From: Sphyrna mokarran
Taxonomy: Eukaryota
Assembly: GCA_024679065.1 (NCBI GenBank)
Contig: JAGIQG010000015.1
Span: forward strand, 61,814,001 to 61,878,000
Direction: 5' to 3'
DNA length: 64,000 nucleotides
Below the pieces are notes generated by a model. It searched no databases. It was given only the letters and a program-made list of their open reading frames with translations, and was not told the DNA's origin. The translations under genes and the position numbers were made by a program. Below, piece by piece: positions 25,480-37,170 of the stretch (position 1 is the first letter of the stretch; every line of letters begins with the position of its first letter).

Positions 25480-26030
25480 AACACACTTCCGGCTAGTCTC
25501 CCATAGTCTATCTTCCTTGAACTTCAGATCATTCAACAATCTGGTGCCTATGTGTTTACCCAAAGCAAGTCCCATTCCCCTATCAATCCTGTGCTTGTTG
25601 ACCTACACAGGCTCCAGGTCAAATTACTTGATTTTTACAAATTTCATGACCTCTCGATTGTCCTCTTTATCTCTGTAATCTCTTCCTGAATTACAACCCT
25701 CTGAGATATCAGCAGTCCTCAAATTCTTGTGATTTGTGTACCCCAAAGTTCAATTGATCCACCTTCGGTGGCCATACTTTCAGTTACTTAGTCCACAACT
25801 ACCTGAATATCATCTACGACATCTCTGCCTTTGTACTTCACTTTCCTGCTTTAAAACACTCCTTAAAATCTTTCTTGTTACCCAAGCTTTTGGTCATCTG
25901 ATCTAATATCTCTTCAAGTGGTTCAGTGTCATTTTTTTATTTTACAATGCTCCTATGAAGCACCTTGTGACAGTTGAGATGTATCACTGCATGAAATATG
26001 AAATAATTAGAAATTGTTGTTGCTGTTGTA
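25480..26030 (+). mobile_element. L2-like LINE 3' remnant
   Basis: gacctacacaggctcc, tatctctgtaatctc, tttaaaacactccttaaaa and gctcctatgaagcacctt motifs. Confidence 0.6.
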
Positions 26031-26184
26031 GAGTTTATGCATACTCCTCAAGGTGCTGGGTCTCTCACATGATGCAATTTTATTGAATACTCACAGCTTT
26101 GCCACTTTTAACAGGTCCAGGTATCATAGATAAATTCTAGTACTTCTGAATCATCAGTCAATCAGTAGTTTTCTTATTTCTGAG

Positions 26185-26480
26185 ACAGCAGATTGTGAAT
26201 TTAAGTTACTTTCCAGAGACTTGAAAACTGAATCAAGGTTAACATTCCATTGTACCATGAAGAAAGGACTGCACTTTCAAAGATGTCATCTTTCAGATGA
26301 AGAATTGATCAGCTGCATTTTCAGATGGATGTAAAAAATCCCATGACACTACAACGAAGAGCTCTCTCATGTGTCTTGGCTGATTTTTATCCCTTAATCA
26401 ACAATATTACTAGTCATTATCAGATTGCTATTTGCAGAACCTTGAGTTGTGTGCAAATTGGCTGCTGCAAATCCTACCTC
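26185..26480 (+). mobile_element. Deu-domain SINE (SacSINE1/AmnSINE1-like) remnant
   Basis: cagatggatgtaaaaaatcccatgacacta...tttatccc...gtcattatc...gtgtgcaaattggctgc matches the Deu core as recalled. Confidence 0.7.
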
Positions 26481-28089
26481 ATATGAGTGGCCAAACATCA
26501 AAGTATATATTATTTTTGCCTACCTTGTGATGTTTTCTTGCTTTTGCTTTCAGTCAGAGCCAATCTTTATTCTGCCATTAATATTTACCGCAGATCAATG
26601 CTTTGCTTCTTTATTACAACTATCACCATTCCCTTCACCTTTTGTCCCATGATGTCTTTGGTATTTAATCTCCCCTGCACTTGAACCTATTCCCGCTTTC
26701 AACAGTACTGAATCTTATCACATTTCTACCTTCCTTCACTTACAATTATTTAATTTGAAATGTTAATGATATTTTTCACTGCACAATGCTAGTAAACCTA
26801 TTGCACACATTCTGTTCTTCTTTCATATTTCCAGCACCTAGAGCTTTTCTTCAGAAGTATTTTAATGAGTGGAAACTGTTTGATCATGTCCCAAGGTTAT
26901 TATAGTTGATACATAACTCCAAGACTTCCTGTCTTTCTGAAAATATCCCAAGGCAGTTTGTAGGTTCACTAATAAACAAAATTTGACACCAAGCATTGTA
27001 AAAAGATATAAAGACAGATGATGAAAAGCTTGGACAAAGAGATAGGTTTTTAAGGACTGACTTAAACAAGAAAAACACAATAGACCAAATTTTCCCAGCC
27101 CTATGAAAATGGCTTTGAGACAGGAAGCAGAGAACTTCTGAAAGGGAAACTTCATGCAGACTTCTCGATGGTATTCTCACTTACGTTCCTTTTTTACTGG
27201 AGGCAGTGGAAAGCCAATTGAGATAGTTAGCTGTGCAGTTAGCTCCCACTTCACCTTAGTGAACATTTCTGAATGGTACCCAGGTCCCACAAAATGTCAA
27301 GAGTTTGACAGCTCAGAGGAGATAAAATCACAGAAGGGAGTCATCATTGTCTGTAGCTGACAGGCATTCAGGTCAACAAAACAGAAAACTGACAAGGGCA
27401 GGCAAAATAAATTAATAAATCATAATTTTCTCTTGCGGGAGAATCTATAAGTGGGGGGCACAATTTAAAAATAAGAGAGGTTTCTCATTTAAGATTAATG
27501 AGGATAAATTTATTCTCTGAGAGGATCATTAATCTTTGGAATTCTCTTCCCTAGAAAGCAGTGGCGATTGGATCACTGAATGTATTCAAGGCTAAGTTAG
27601 ATAGACTACAAGGGAGTCAAGGGTTATGAGAATGCAGACAAGAAAGTGGAATTAAGGCTGCTATCAGATCAATCACTTACTTCTGCTCCTATTTCTGAGG
27701 GTGGGAATCCTGCAGTGAGTAACTTGAATTCCTAAATTGATAAGACACAAGTCAGGATTGTAATAGAATACTCTCCATTTGCCTGGGTGAGAGCAGTTCC
27801 AACAACATTCTAGAAGATCAGCCCACTGCTTCGAGTCTGCAGACTGATCAATATTTAAGAACTCAGCGACCAGTAGGCCACTGCAGTAACTGACTTCATT
27901 TATAAGTGTGTAGAAGACAGTGTGTCAAAGAGACAAATCCATGTTTCCAATCAGAGGCGTTCAGGTCAGGCAACCCTGGCCTACACAAGAAATGATGTAA
28001 AGATGCCGGCGTTGGATTGGAGTGGTAAGAACTCAGTAAGAATTTAGCAACACCAATTATTAATCCAACCGATTTATTTGATAGTAAAA

Positions 28090-28127
28090 TAGCGAGCTTT
28101 CAACACTCCCGTGTCTTCATCAGGCAA
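28090..28127 (-). ncRNA. Minimal type I hammerhead ribozyme motif (sense pLTR)
   Basis: Minus strand reads ttgc CTGATGA a GACAC ggga GTGTT GAAA gc TC gcta. CTGATGA is at 28123-28117. Confidence 0.75.
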
Positions 28128-28340
28128 GTGCAGTGTTCTGGTCTGCAATAGCACACATCAGCACAGACAGTCAGAGATTGCTGATTAGAATGCGAATCCT
28201 TACATCTAACCTGCTATTCAAGTGTTAAAGTGGCTAACAATGTGTGTGAAGGGAATCCTGAGCATTGTTAGAGAATTGTGTATTTTCTCCAGACAGCACA
28301 GTAAGTGAGGTTTTTTGCTAACCCAGGCAAGTTACGGGGG

Positions 28341-29453
28341 TTACAGATAGTGTGTCATGAAGCCAAGATCCCTGTTAAGACCGTCCTCATGTGTGCGGAA
28401 CTTGGCTATCAGTCTCTGTTCAGCAACTCTGCGCTGTCGTGTATCACGAAAGCCCCCTTGAAGAACATTTACCCGCAGGTCAGAGGCCGAATGCCCATGA
28501 CTGCTGAAGTGTTCACCCACAGGAAGGGAACTGTTTTGCCTGGTGATTGTTGAGCGATGCTCATTCATCCGCTGTCGTAGTGTTTGCATGGTCTCCCCAA
28601 TATACCATGCTTCGGGACATCCTTTCTTGCAACGTATTAGGTAGACAACGTTGGCCGAGTTGCAAGAGTATGTACCGTGCATCTGGTGAATGGTATCCTC
28701 ACGTTTGATGATGTCGTCCATGTCTATGATCCGGCATGTCTTGCAGAGGTTGCTGTGGCAGGGTTGTGTGGTATTGTGGTCACTGTTCTCCTGAAGGTTG
28801 GGTAGTTTGCTGCGAACAATGATCTGTTTGAGGTTGTGCGGTTGTCTGAAAGCAAGAAGTGGGGGGGTGGGGATGGCCCTAGCGAGATGTTCATCGTCAT
28901 CAATGATATGTTGAAGACTCCGGAGAAGATGTCGTAGCTTCTCCGCTCCGGGGAAGTACTGGACAACAAAGGGTACTCTGTCCACCGTGTCCCGTGTTCG
29001 TCTTCTGAGGAGATCAGTGCGGTTTATCGTTGTGGCACGTTGGAACTGTCGATCGATGAGTCGAGCGCCATATCCTGTTCTCACGAGTGCATCCTTCAGT
29101 GTCTGGAGGTGTCTGTCACGATCCTCCTCATCTGAGCAAATTCTGTGTATACGGAGGGCTTGTCCATAGGGAATGGCTTCTTTAACGTGTCTAGGGTGGA
29201 AGCTGGAGAAGTGGAGCATTGTGAGGTTGTCTGTCGGTTTGCGGTACAGTGAGGTGCTGAGGTGACCGTCCTTGATGGAGATGCGTGTGTCCAAGAATGC
29301 AACTGATTCTGGAGAATAGTCCATGGTGAGTCTGATGGTGGGATGGAACTTGTTGATATCATCATACAGTTGTTTCAATGATTGTTCACCATGAGTCCAA
29401 AGGAAAAAGATGTCATCAATGTATCTAGTATATAACCTTGGTTGGAGATCTTG
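28341..29453 (-). CDS. Penelope ORF fragment: RT C-terminus, Cys linker and GIY-YIG endonuclease (5'-truncated)
   Basis: RYIDD, FLD, LYRKPT, CHSNLCKTC and VVYLIRC...WYIGET...R.NEH...EHF...H motifs in one uninterrupted frame. The ORF-track start lies in the inverted arm and is not a true start. Confidence 0.92.
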   Translation of the reverse strand, partial: QDLQPRLYTRYIDDIFFLWTHGEQSLKQLYDDINKFHPTIRLTMDYSPESVAFLDTRISIKDGHLSTSLYRKPTDNLTMLHFSSFHPRHVKEAIPYGQALRIHRICSDEEDRDRHLQTLKDALVRTGYGARLIDRQFQRATTINRTDLLRRRTRDTVDRVPFVVQYFPGAEKLRHLLRSLQHIIDDDEHLARAIPTPPLLAFRQPHNLKQIIVRSKLPNLQENSDHNTTQPCHSNLCKTCRIIDMDDIIKREDTIHQMHGTYSCNSANVVYLIRCKKGCPEAWYIGETMQTLRQRMNEHRSTITRQNSSLPVGEHFSSHGHSASDLRVNVLQGGFRDTRQRRVAEQRLIAKFRTHEDGLNRDLGFMTHYL

Positions 29454-29737
29454 TGATAGCCAAGTTCCGCACACATGAGGACGGTCTTAACAGGGATCTT
29501 GGCTTCATGACACACTATCTGTAACCCCCGTAACTTGCCTGGGTTAGCAAAAAACCTCACTTACTGTGCTGTCTGGAGAAAATACACAACTCTCTAACAA
29601 TGCTCAGGATCCCCTTCACACACATTGTTAGCCACTTTAACACTTGAATAGCAGGTTGGATGTAAGGATTCGCATTCTAATCAGCAATCTCTGACTGTCT
29701 GTGCTGATGTGTGCTATTGCAGACCAGAACACTGCAC

Positions 29738-29775
29738 TTGCCTGATGAAGACACGGGAGTGTTGAAAGCTCGCTA
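29738..29775 (+). ncRNA. Minimal type I hammerhead ribozyme motif (inverted pLTR)
   Basis: CTGATGA 29742-29748, stem II GACAC/GTGTT, GAAA 29764-29767, palindromic AGCT, and UH site TC at 29770-29771. Confidence 0.75.
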
Positions 29776-31147
29776 TTTTACTATCAAATAAATCGGTTGG
29801 ATTAATAATTGGTGTTGCTAAATTCTTACTGAGTTCCTACACAAGAAATCCAGACATGATCTATAGAAACGCATCAAAGATACCAAAAGACAGTATCAGA
29901 CCAAGCTGGAGTCCCAGGCTAGCCCAATGGACTCCCATCAACTATGGTAAGGTGTGCAAGACATAACAGGCTACAAGATAAAGGAATGTATAATTTTTTG
30001 CTCCAATGCGTCCTTCCCCAACAAGTTCAATGCATTCTATGCCAGTTTTAAGCAAGAGGTCAGTGATAGCACCCCTTCCACCCTGAAAACCTCAGCTGAA
30101 CCCATATGCAAGGCCACCATCATGAAAGTCTTCTTGAAAGACAGCCTTCTTGAAAGTCAATCCATGGAAAGCTACTGGTCCGGATGGAATACCCGGACTG
30201 GCACTCAGATCCTCTGTGCACCAGCTGGCTTGGGTATTCATAGACATCTTCAACCTCTCTTTACACCAATCTGACGTCCCTATCTGCTTCAAAAATACAA
30301 CCATCATCCCTGTATGAAAGAAAATCCAGACAGCGTGTCTTAATTATTATTGTCCGATGGCTCTGACATCCATCATTTTGAAGTGCTTAATGGCACAAAT
30401 CAATTCTGTCCTTCCAGATTGCCTGGGTCAACCGCAATTTGCCTATTGCCACAACAGGTCCACAGCAGACACCATCTCCTTGGATCTACACTCAACACTG
30501 GGATACCTGGCTAACAAAAACACCTCTGTCAGACTCCTATTTATTGACTACAGCTCAGCCTTCAACACCACTATCCCCACAAAACGCATCTCCAAACTCC
30601 ATGTCTTGGGACTCAGCTCCTCCCTCTGCAACTGGATCCTCAACTTCCTAATCCACAGACTGCAATCAGCAAGAATATACAACAACACTTCCTCCACAAT
30701 CATCCTTAATATTAGTACCCAGCTTTATCCTCAGTCCCTTACTATATACATTTATGATTGTGTGGTCAAATTCTCCTTCAACTCGATTTTTAAGTGCTGA
30801 TGATACCACTGTAGTGGGTCAGATCTCAAACAATGATAAGATGGAGTACAGGAAAGAGATAGAGAATCTGGTGAACTGGTGCAATTACAATAATCTCTCT
30901 CTTAATGTCAACAAAACAAAGAAGATAGCCATTGACTTCAGAAAGCATGGTGGAAGACTTGCTGTCTACATCAATGGGGATGAAATGGAAATGGTTGAGA
31001 GCTTCATGTTTCTAGGTGTCTGGATCACCAAAAATCTGTCCTGGTCCCTCCATGCTAACGTTATACATAAGAAAGCCCACAATGTCTCTACTTTCTCAGG
31101 AGGCTAAGGAAATTTGGCATGTCCCCTACGATTCTCACCAACATATA

Positions 31148-31688
31148 TAGATAGAACATAGAACATAGAACACTACAGCACAAACAGGCCCTTCGGCCCA
31201 TGAGTTGCGCCGATCACATCTATATCTACTAATCCACAGACCTATCTATAACCCCCTATCCCATTAGTTCCCATATACTCATCCAGAAGTCTTTTAAAAG
31301 ACCCCAGCGAGTTCGCCTCTACCACCACCGACGGCAGCCGATTCCATTCACTCACCACCCTCTGAGTGAAAAACTTACCCCTAACATCCCCTCTGTATTT
31401 GCTTCCCTGCACCCTGAATCTGTGTCCTCTCATAGCGACCATTTCAGCCTGGGGAAATAGCCTCTGAGAATCCACCCTATCCATTCTTCTCAACATTTTA
31501 TAAACCTCTATCAGGTCGCCTCTCAACCTATGGCTCTGCAGGGAGAAGAGTCCCAGCTCCCTCAACCTATCTTCATAAGGCATGCCTCCCAATCCAGGCA
31601 ACATCCTTGTAAATCTCCTCTGCACTCTTTCAATAGCTTCCACATCCTTCCTATAGTGAGGTGACCAGAACTGCGCACAATACTCCAA
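31148..31688 (-). mobile_element. Young CR1 LINE 3' end inserted in Rex1
   Basis: LEYCAQFWSPHYRKDVEAIERVQRRFTRM...FFTQRVVSEWNRLP, with a (catagaa)n tail. Confidence 0.93.
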
Positions 31689-32144
31689 GATGCACCATAG
31701 AAAACATTCTTTCTGGTTGCATAGCTCCTGCTCTGTCCAAGACTGAAAGAAACTGCAAAGAGTCAGGAATGAAGCCCAGTCCATCACGCAAACCAGCCAC
31801 CCATCCATTCACTCTGTCTACATTTTCTCCTGCTTTGGAAAAGCAACCAGCATAATTAAGGACCCCACATATCCCAATCATATTCTCTTCCACCTTCTTC
31901 CATCAGGAAAAAGATACAAAAGTCTGAGGTCATGTATCAACCGACTCAAGAACAGCTTTTTCCTTGCTGCCATTAGACTTTTTGAATGGACCTACCTCAT
32001 GTTACGTTGATTTTTCTCTACAGCTTGAGCATTGTCTCCTTTTTTCTCTATGAACAGTATGCTTTGTCTGTATAGCGCACAAGAAACAATACTTATCACT
32101 CTATACAAATGCATGTGACAATAATAAATCAAATCAAATCAAAC

Positions 32145-32540
32145 TTGATTGGCACCTCATCCACAAACATTCATTCCCTCGGCCACTGACAAGCAGTGGC
32201 AGCATTGTGTACCATCTAAAAGATACATTACCGGAACTCACCAAGGCTCCTCAGGTGAAACCCTTCAAACATTTTCACTTATAAGGACAATGGGCAGCAG
32301 GAATTTGAGAACACTACCCAACTTCCTCTTTAATCATCCATCATTTTGACTTGACTTACTGTTGTTGGGTCAAAATTCTGGAACTCCATTCCTAATAGTG
32401 CTTTGGATGTGCTTACACCACAGAGACTGCAGCGGTTCAAGAAGGCAACCAAGAAGGACAATTCAGGATGGGCAATGCCCAATTTGGGATGGGCAATAAA
32501 TGTTGGCATAGTCAGCAATGCCTACATCCCGTAAATGAGT
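32145..32540 (+). mobile_element. Non-LTR retrotransposon 3' end
   Basis: cttgattggcacc-catccacaaacattca...gactgcagcggttcaagaaggca...ggatgggcaataaatg. Confidence 0.7.
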
Positions 32541-32719
32541 TAAAAATAAGATCTTGTAATCCAAACTAAATAAGAAGGGAAAATAACATATACAAATCCT
32601 ATAGAGAGAAAGGTAAAGGGGTTCAATATAGAACAAAAAGATGAACAGAGGATCAATGAAGAACCTAGAAAAGCAGTAACTAGAGATATAATGACGAATA
32701 GTGGATGAGTATGTTAGTA

Positions 32720-33345
32720 CAGTCAGAAGTGTCACAACACCAGGTTAAAATCCAGCAGGTTTAATTGGTTTCAGGAGATTTTGGAGCACTGCCCCTTCAT
32801 CAGGTGAGTGAAGAATTGAGTTCACAAACAGGGCATGTATAGACACAAACTCAATTGGAAGATAATGGTTGGAATGTGAATCTTAACAGGTAATCAAGTA
32901 TTTACTGGTACAGACAATGTGAGTGAAGAGAGGGATAAGCACAGGTTAAAGACATATGAATTGCCTCAAACCAGGACAGTTAGTGAGATTTTGCAAGGCT
33001 AGGCCAAATGGCGGGGCTCGCACATTGTGTGACATGAACCCAAGATCCTGGTTGAAGCAGTGCTCATGTGTGCAGAACTTGGCTATCAGCTTCTGCTCGG
33101 TGATTCTGCATTGTTGTGTCTTGAAGGCCACCTTGGAGGACTTATCTGAAGATCGGCGGCTAAATGCCCTTGTCTGCTGAAGTGTTCTCCAGCAGGAAGG
33201 GAACAGCCCTGCCTGGTGATTATTGAGCAGTGTCCATTCATCCATTGTCGTAGCATCTGCATGGTCTTGCCGAAGTACCATGCCTCGGGACATCCTTTCC
33301 TGCAGCGTATCAGGTAGACAATGTTGGCCGAGTGGCATGTGTATG
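32720..33345 (-). mobile_element. Decayed Penelope-like 3' fragment
   Basis: EQKLIAKFCTHEHCFNQDLGFM is homologous to the 28341 ORF end. pLTR carries ccttcatcaggtg (hammerhead CTGATGA on the minus strand; GAAA decayed). Confidence 0.85.
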
Positions 33346-33349
33346 TACC

Positions 33350-34030
33350 ATGTCAGTCAGTCAGACGACTCCCTCTCGGGACTTGTTGCTAGCCAACAGA
33401 TTTATGGGAAAGTCTGCTTCTATCCGTGTCACCTCTGCACCAGGTCAGGATCATGGGGCTGAAGTACATTCAAATATTGAGGAGAAGACCCTTCAAATAA
33501 CTACAAAGAGGCTGCAACTTTGAACAATCTAAATACAAATGGAATATGGATTCCCCTTGATTGCAGAAAAAACATATGAGCCACCTTAGTCTATAGTTGC
33601 ATGGACTGCTGCATTCCTTACCCTCCCAGCTAGATCTCTGGTGGAAAAATGAGGGATTGCCACTGGGGACTTTCCTGAGACAGATAGTAGAACAGAATGG
33701 CACAGTATGGCCTGACGGTGGAAGAAGGTAGGGAAATGGAGGGTGTACAGCAGCAGGCCATACAGGAAAACCCTCCGTGCTGCATGGAAAGGCATGAAGG
33801 AAATTTCCCCAAGATGCCTGAGAGGTTGAGGCTCCTGGGGGAGGTTCTTGCAACATCATCCATCCCATTTCTGTGCACTCCAGTATATCCCCAACTCTGG
33901 TCAGCTCATAGCCCAAGCACTCTTTTCCGTCAGCCCTCGGAATCGATTTTGATAGAGATGTGGATTCCTGTGCAACGGCTGTCTGTTGACAGCTTCTATT
34001 TAATGAGAGAGAACTCCAGCATGAGACAAC
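33350..34030 (-). mobile_element. Tx1/L1-clade LINE C-terminal remnant
   Basis: CFFCNQGESIFHLYLDCSKLQPL is a zf-RVT CCHC-type motif; FLYGLLLYTLHF lies upstream. Confidence 0.75.
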
Positions 34031-34049
34031 CATGTTCTAGACATTAATT

Positions 34050-34213
34050 GTCTTTTTTTGCAATGTAGGGCTTCTTCTATGATGCAAACTAACTGGTAAC
34101 TTAGAGGCCACTGCACTGTGCCTCTTTGGAATTCTTAAGAGCTACAATGCAGTGGCCTCCAAGTTACCAGTTAGTTTGCATCATAGAAGAAGCCCTACAG
34201 TGCAGAAAAAGAC
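34050..34213. repeat. Fold-back inverted repeat with ~70-bp arms
   Basis: tgtagggcttcttctatgatgcaaactaactggtaactt-gaggccactgca is mirrored by tgcagtggcctc-aagttaccagttagtttgcatcatagaagaagccctaca. Confidence 0.93.
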
Positions 34214-34522
34214 CATTTGGCCCATCGATTCTGCATCGACCATAATCCCACCCAGGCCCTACTCTCATATCCCTACACATTTACCAGTTAATCTCTCTAA
34301 TTTACACATCTCAGGTCACTAAGGGGCAATTTTATCATGGCCAATTAACCTAACCCACACATCTTTGGGCTGTGGGAGGAAACTGGAGCACCTGGAGGAA
34401 ATCCACACAGGCATGGGGAGAATGTGCAAACTTGATACAAACAGTGACCTAAGCCAGGAATCGAACGCAGGTGCCTGGAGCTGTAAAGCCACAGTTCTAA
34501 CCACTGTGCTACCGTGTCACCC
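34180..34522 (-). mobile_element. HE1-like SINE
   Basis: ccctacagtgcagaa tail and ctaaccactgtgctaccgtg head. Confidence 0.85.
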
Positions 34523-34949
34523 CTTAATTTCTTACAAAGATTTCAAAACTTAACAGTGACAACACTTCAAAAAATACTGCATTGGCTGCAAAGTCTTGGG
34601 GTTATGAAATGAGCTTTATAAATCCAAATTTTTTCTTTATACACCACATGTCAATATGATAAAGCTGGTTTACCTTAGAAATAAACATAATATTAAATGT
34701 CAGCCCAAATTTAATGGTTATTCAGCTCAAAATAAATAAACCTCACAGCAGTAACAAGGTTCAATCCTGATCAAAATTCACAACAATAATTGCAGCCAAG
34801 TGTGAATGAAAGCAAAAACAGCGGGTGCCGAGAACCTGAAATGAAAACAGAAAATGCTGCAACGGTTCAGCAGGTCCGGCAGTATCTGTGGAGAGAGAAA
34901 CAGAGTTCTATTCTGTATGACTGTCCTGCAGAGGCAGATATGAATATAT

Positions 34950-35800
34950 CCTTGGCTCAGCAGGGAGGAATAGTGAGCAAGACCTTTTTCACAGGCCGAT
35001 CATTTAAATGGGCTCTCTCCAATGTGAATCCACTTGTGTCAGAAAGTGGGTCAGTGAACATGTATCTCAGAAGGAAACAAAACTGTAAAGCTTAGAAATG
35101 AATGATACTGGTCCAAACTGGAGTTCCATTTAAGGTATACAAGACCAGTCTGGACCAGTACCAGTCACTTCTCAAGTTTTACTTCTTTCTTGGGAACCTG
35201 TCTCCAATGTGAAAATCAGTGGTGTGTCAGCAGGGAGGACATCTGAAATAACCACTTTGCACATGCTGATTACTTAAACAGCTTCATTCCTGTATGAATG
35301 TGTTATTTAATGAGCAGGTTGGATGGCTATGTAAACCTCTTCCCTCATTCAGTACAGATAAATTGTTTCTCATCAGTATTTGTGCACTGGCGATTTAGCC
35401 AGTGTGTTGAATGAGTGAATTCCTTTCTAAACACAAAACATTTCAAAATTCACTCATCAGCTGGTGAACCAATTTCTCTGAACTTGTAAAGATTATGCTG
35501 CAATCTAAGCACTTAACTGTTTTCTGGTCAGTGTAAATACTCTGAAGTTTTCACACGATGGGTAACTGAATCACTTCTCATGCAAATGACAGGCAAATTG
35601 TCATTGCCCAGCATGATCATGTCAGCTATGGGTAACTGACTGCCTTCCTCTAATTTCTTCATTTGCTCAGTTGAATCCTGAGGCAGATTGCACGATTGGC
35701 CAAATGGTGGGCCACACATGGAAAATTTCGCTGTTAACGTTCTGTTCTTTCCCTCCATAGGATATTCAGGACATATCAAACACTTCTATCAGTCCCTGTT
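34950..35800 (-). pseudogene. Decayed Kruppel-type C2H2 zinc-finger array
   Basis: Manual minus-strand translation gives TDEKQFICTE*GKRFT*PSNLLIK*HIHTGMKLFK*SACAK..SSLLTHH and WIHIGESPFK*SACEKG..SSLL. Confidence 0.75.
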
Positions 35801-36834
35801 GGTTTAGTATCCAAACTTTACCATTTCAAGTCTTCCAATACAAACACTCCGTAAAACAAATACTCAAAAATCATTGCTATCTCATCCGAACAAGGGCAAG
35901 TGTGAGTCGGAACACGCAAGCACAACTGACACCATAGTCTCATGTTCTCCTGTTCTTATTTGACCTCCACAGAAACATTTTCAGCCGGAGTCACCAGAAA
36001 ATGACAAACAACAGGAACAGATTCTCATCCATATTTAGTCCAGGGGTATTGAGGTCACTTGTAGCTTGCTGTCCAGTCTGAAACTTGTTTGCAATAAACC
36101 TGCCATGTTCCTGGTCCATAATAGGAAGAGGGATAAGGTTTAGCGTACACTATTTATAAATAAAGGTTACCAGGTTTCGAAATGGTGCCTTAATGTAATA
36201 TACTGACGTGTTTGGGAGTAAACATGACATTGATGTTGATTTCAATCATACAAAGTAAAGGGATATTCACCACTTTAAATGGATAGTCACCACCTGCTGG
36301 TGATTGATGTTACAGCTGTTAAGAGAGATGCGAAACACGTCGGGAGACTTTCTGGGGCGCTTTGCCAACACTTGGTCAACATTTATTCCAGAAATTCTGT
36401 GGGGAGTTTTCCTAAAAGAGTAAATGCCATGCTTCTCTAGCTTAACATGAGTCACCAGAAGAATGGGCATATTTGGTCATGAGCATCTTGCCGAAGGTCC
36501 CCTTAGACCTGGATGAGGAATTGAAGGAGGATGTGAGGTAAGGCAGAGCCACATCAGCTGCCGTGAGACAGAGGGGTGGGGGGTGTGGGGTAACGCGGTA
36601 ATGTGGTATCCTCACTCTGCATGGCACAGAGCATCCCTCTGCCTCTGGACTCCCACCACTCAGACTTCTGAGTACATGTGTATCCTCTTTCTCAGACCCT
36701 GAACATCCTGCAATGTGCTGCTGTGTGTCAAGCAGATTCCACAACTTCATTGGAAGTGAGCGCAAGGAATCCACGTATTCTGTTCCACAAGAAATGCATC
36801 TAATCAGCTGAGTGCTAACATTGCAAGTTCTTAT

Positions 36835-37170
36835 TTTCTTTGAATTTGTTCATGGAATATGGGCATTGCTGGTGATGCCAGTGTTTATTGCCCGTCTCTG
36901 AGGGCATTTAAGAGTCAACCACATTGTTGTGGAGCTGGATACACATATAGATTGGACTAGGTAAAGAAGGCAGATTTCCTTCCTTAAAGGACATTAGTGA
37001 ATTAAGTGGATTTTTACGACAATCAACAACGCTTTCATGATTGCCATTAGTCTTTGAATTTCAGATGTTTATTAAATTCAAATTTCACCATCTGCTGTGT
37101 GGCAGGCAAACCCAAGATCCCAGAGCACTACCCTGGATTTCTGGATTACTTGTCCAGCGACAATACATGT
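36835..37170 (-). mobile_element. Non-LTR retrotransposon 3' tail fragment
   Basis: tttattgccc, agggcatttaagagtcaaccacattg and ggcagatttccttcc-taaaggacattagtgaa motifs. Confidence 0.6.

Larger units (their letters stand above)
27994..29835 (-). mobile_element. Penelope-like element (Neptune-like), 5'-truncated, with inverted pLTRs
   Basis: Arms 28030-28411 and 29454-29835 are inverted with about 3 mismatches seen. 14-bp TSD cctacacaagaaat at 27980-27993 and 29836-29849. Confidence 0.95.
27830..32143 (+). mobile_element. Rex1/Babar-type LINE, split by Penelope (27994-29835) and CR1 (31148-31688) insertions
   Basis: RT motifs ALTSIILKC, QFAY..NRSTAD, LFIDYSSAFNT, ADDTTVVG, LSLNVNKTK and a (tcaaa)n tail. 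Confidence 0.88.

Noticed and set aside
28341-29453. Selenoprotein (Naiad-type) Penelope
   Set aside because: There is no in-frame TGA in the visible ORF, and no SECIS was recognised.
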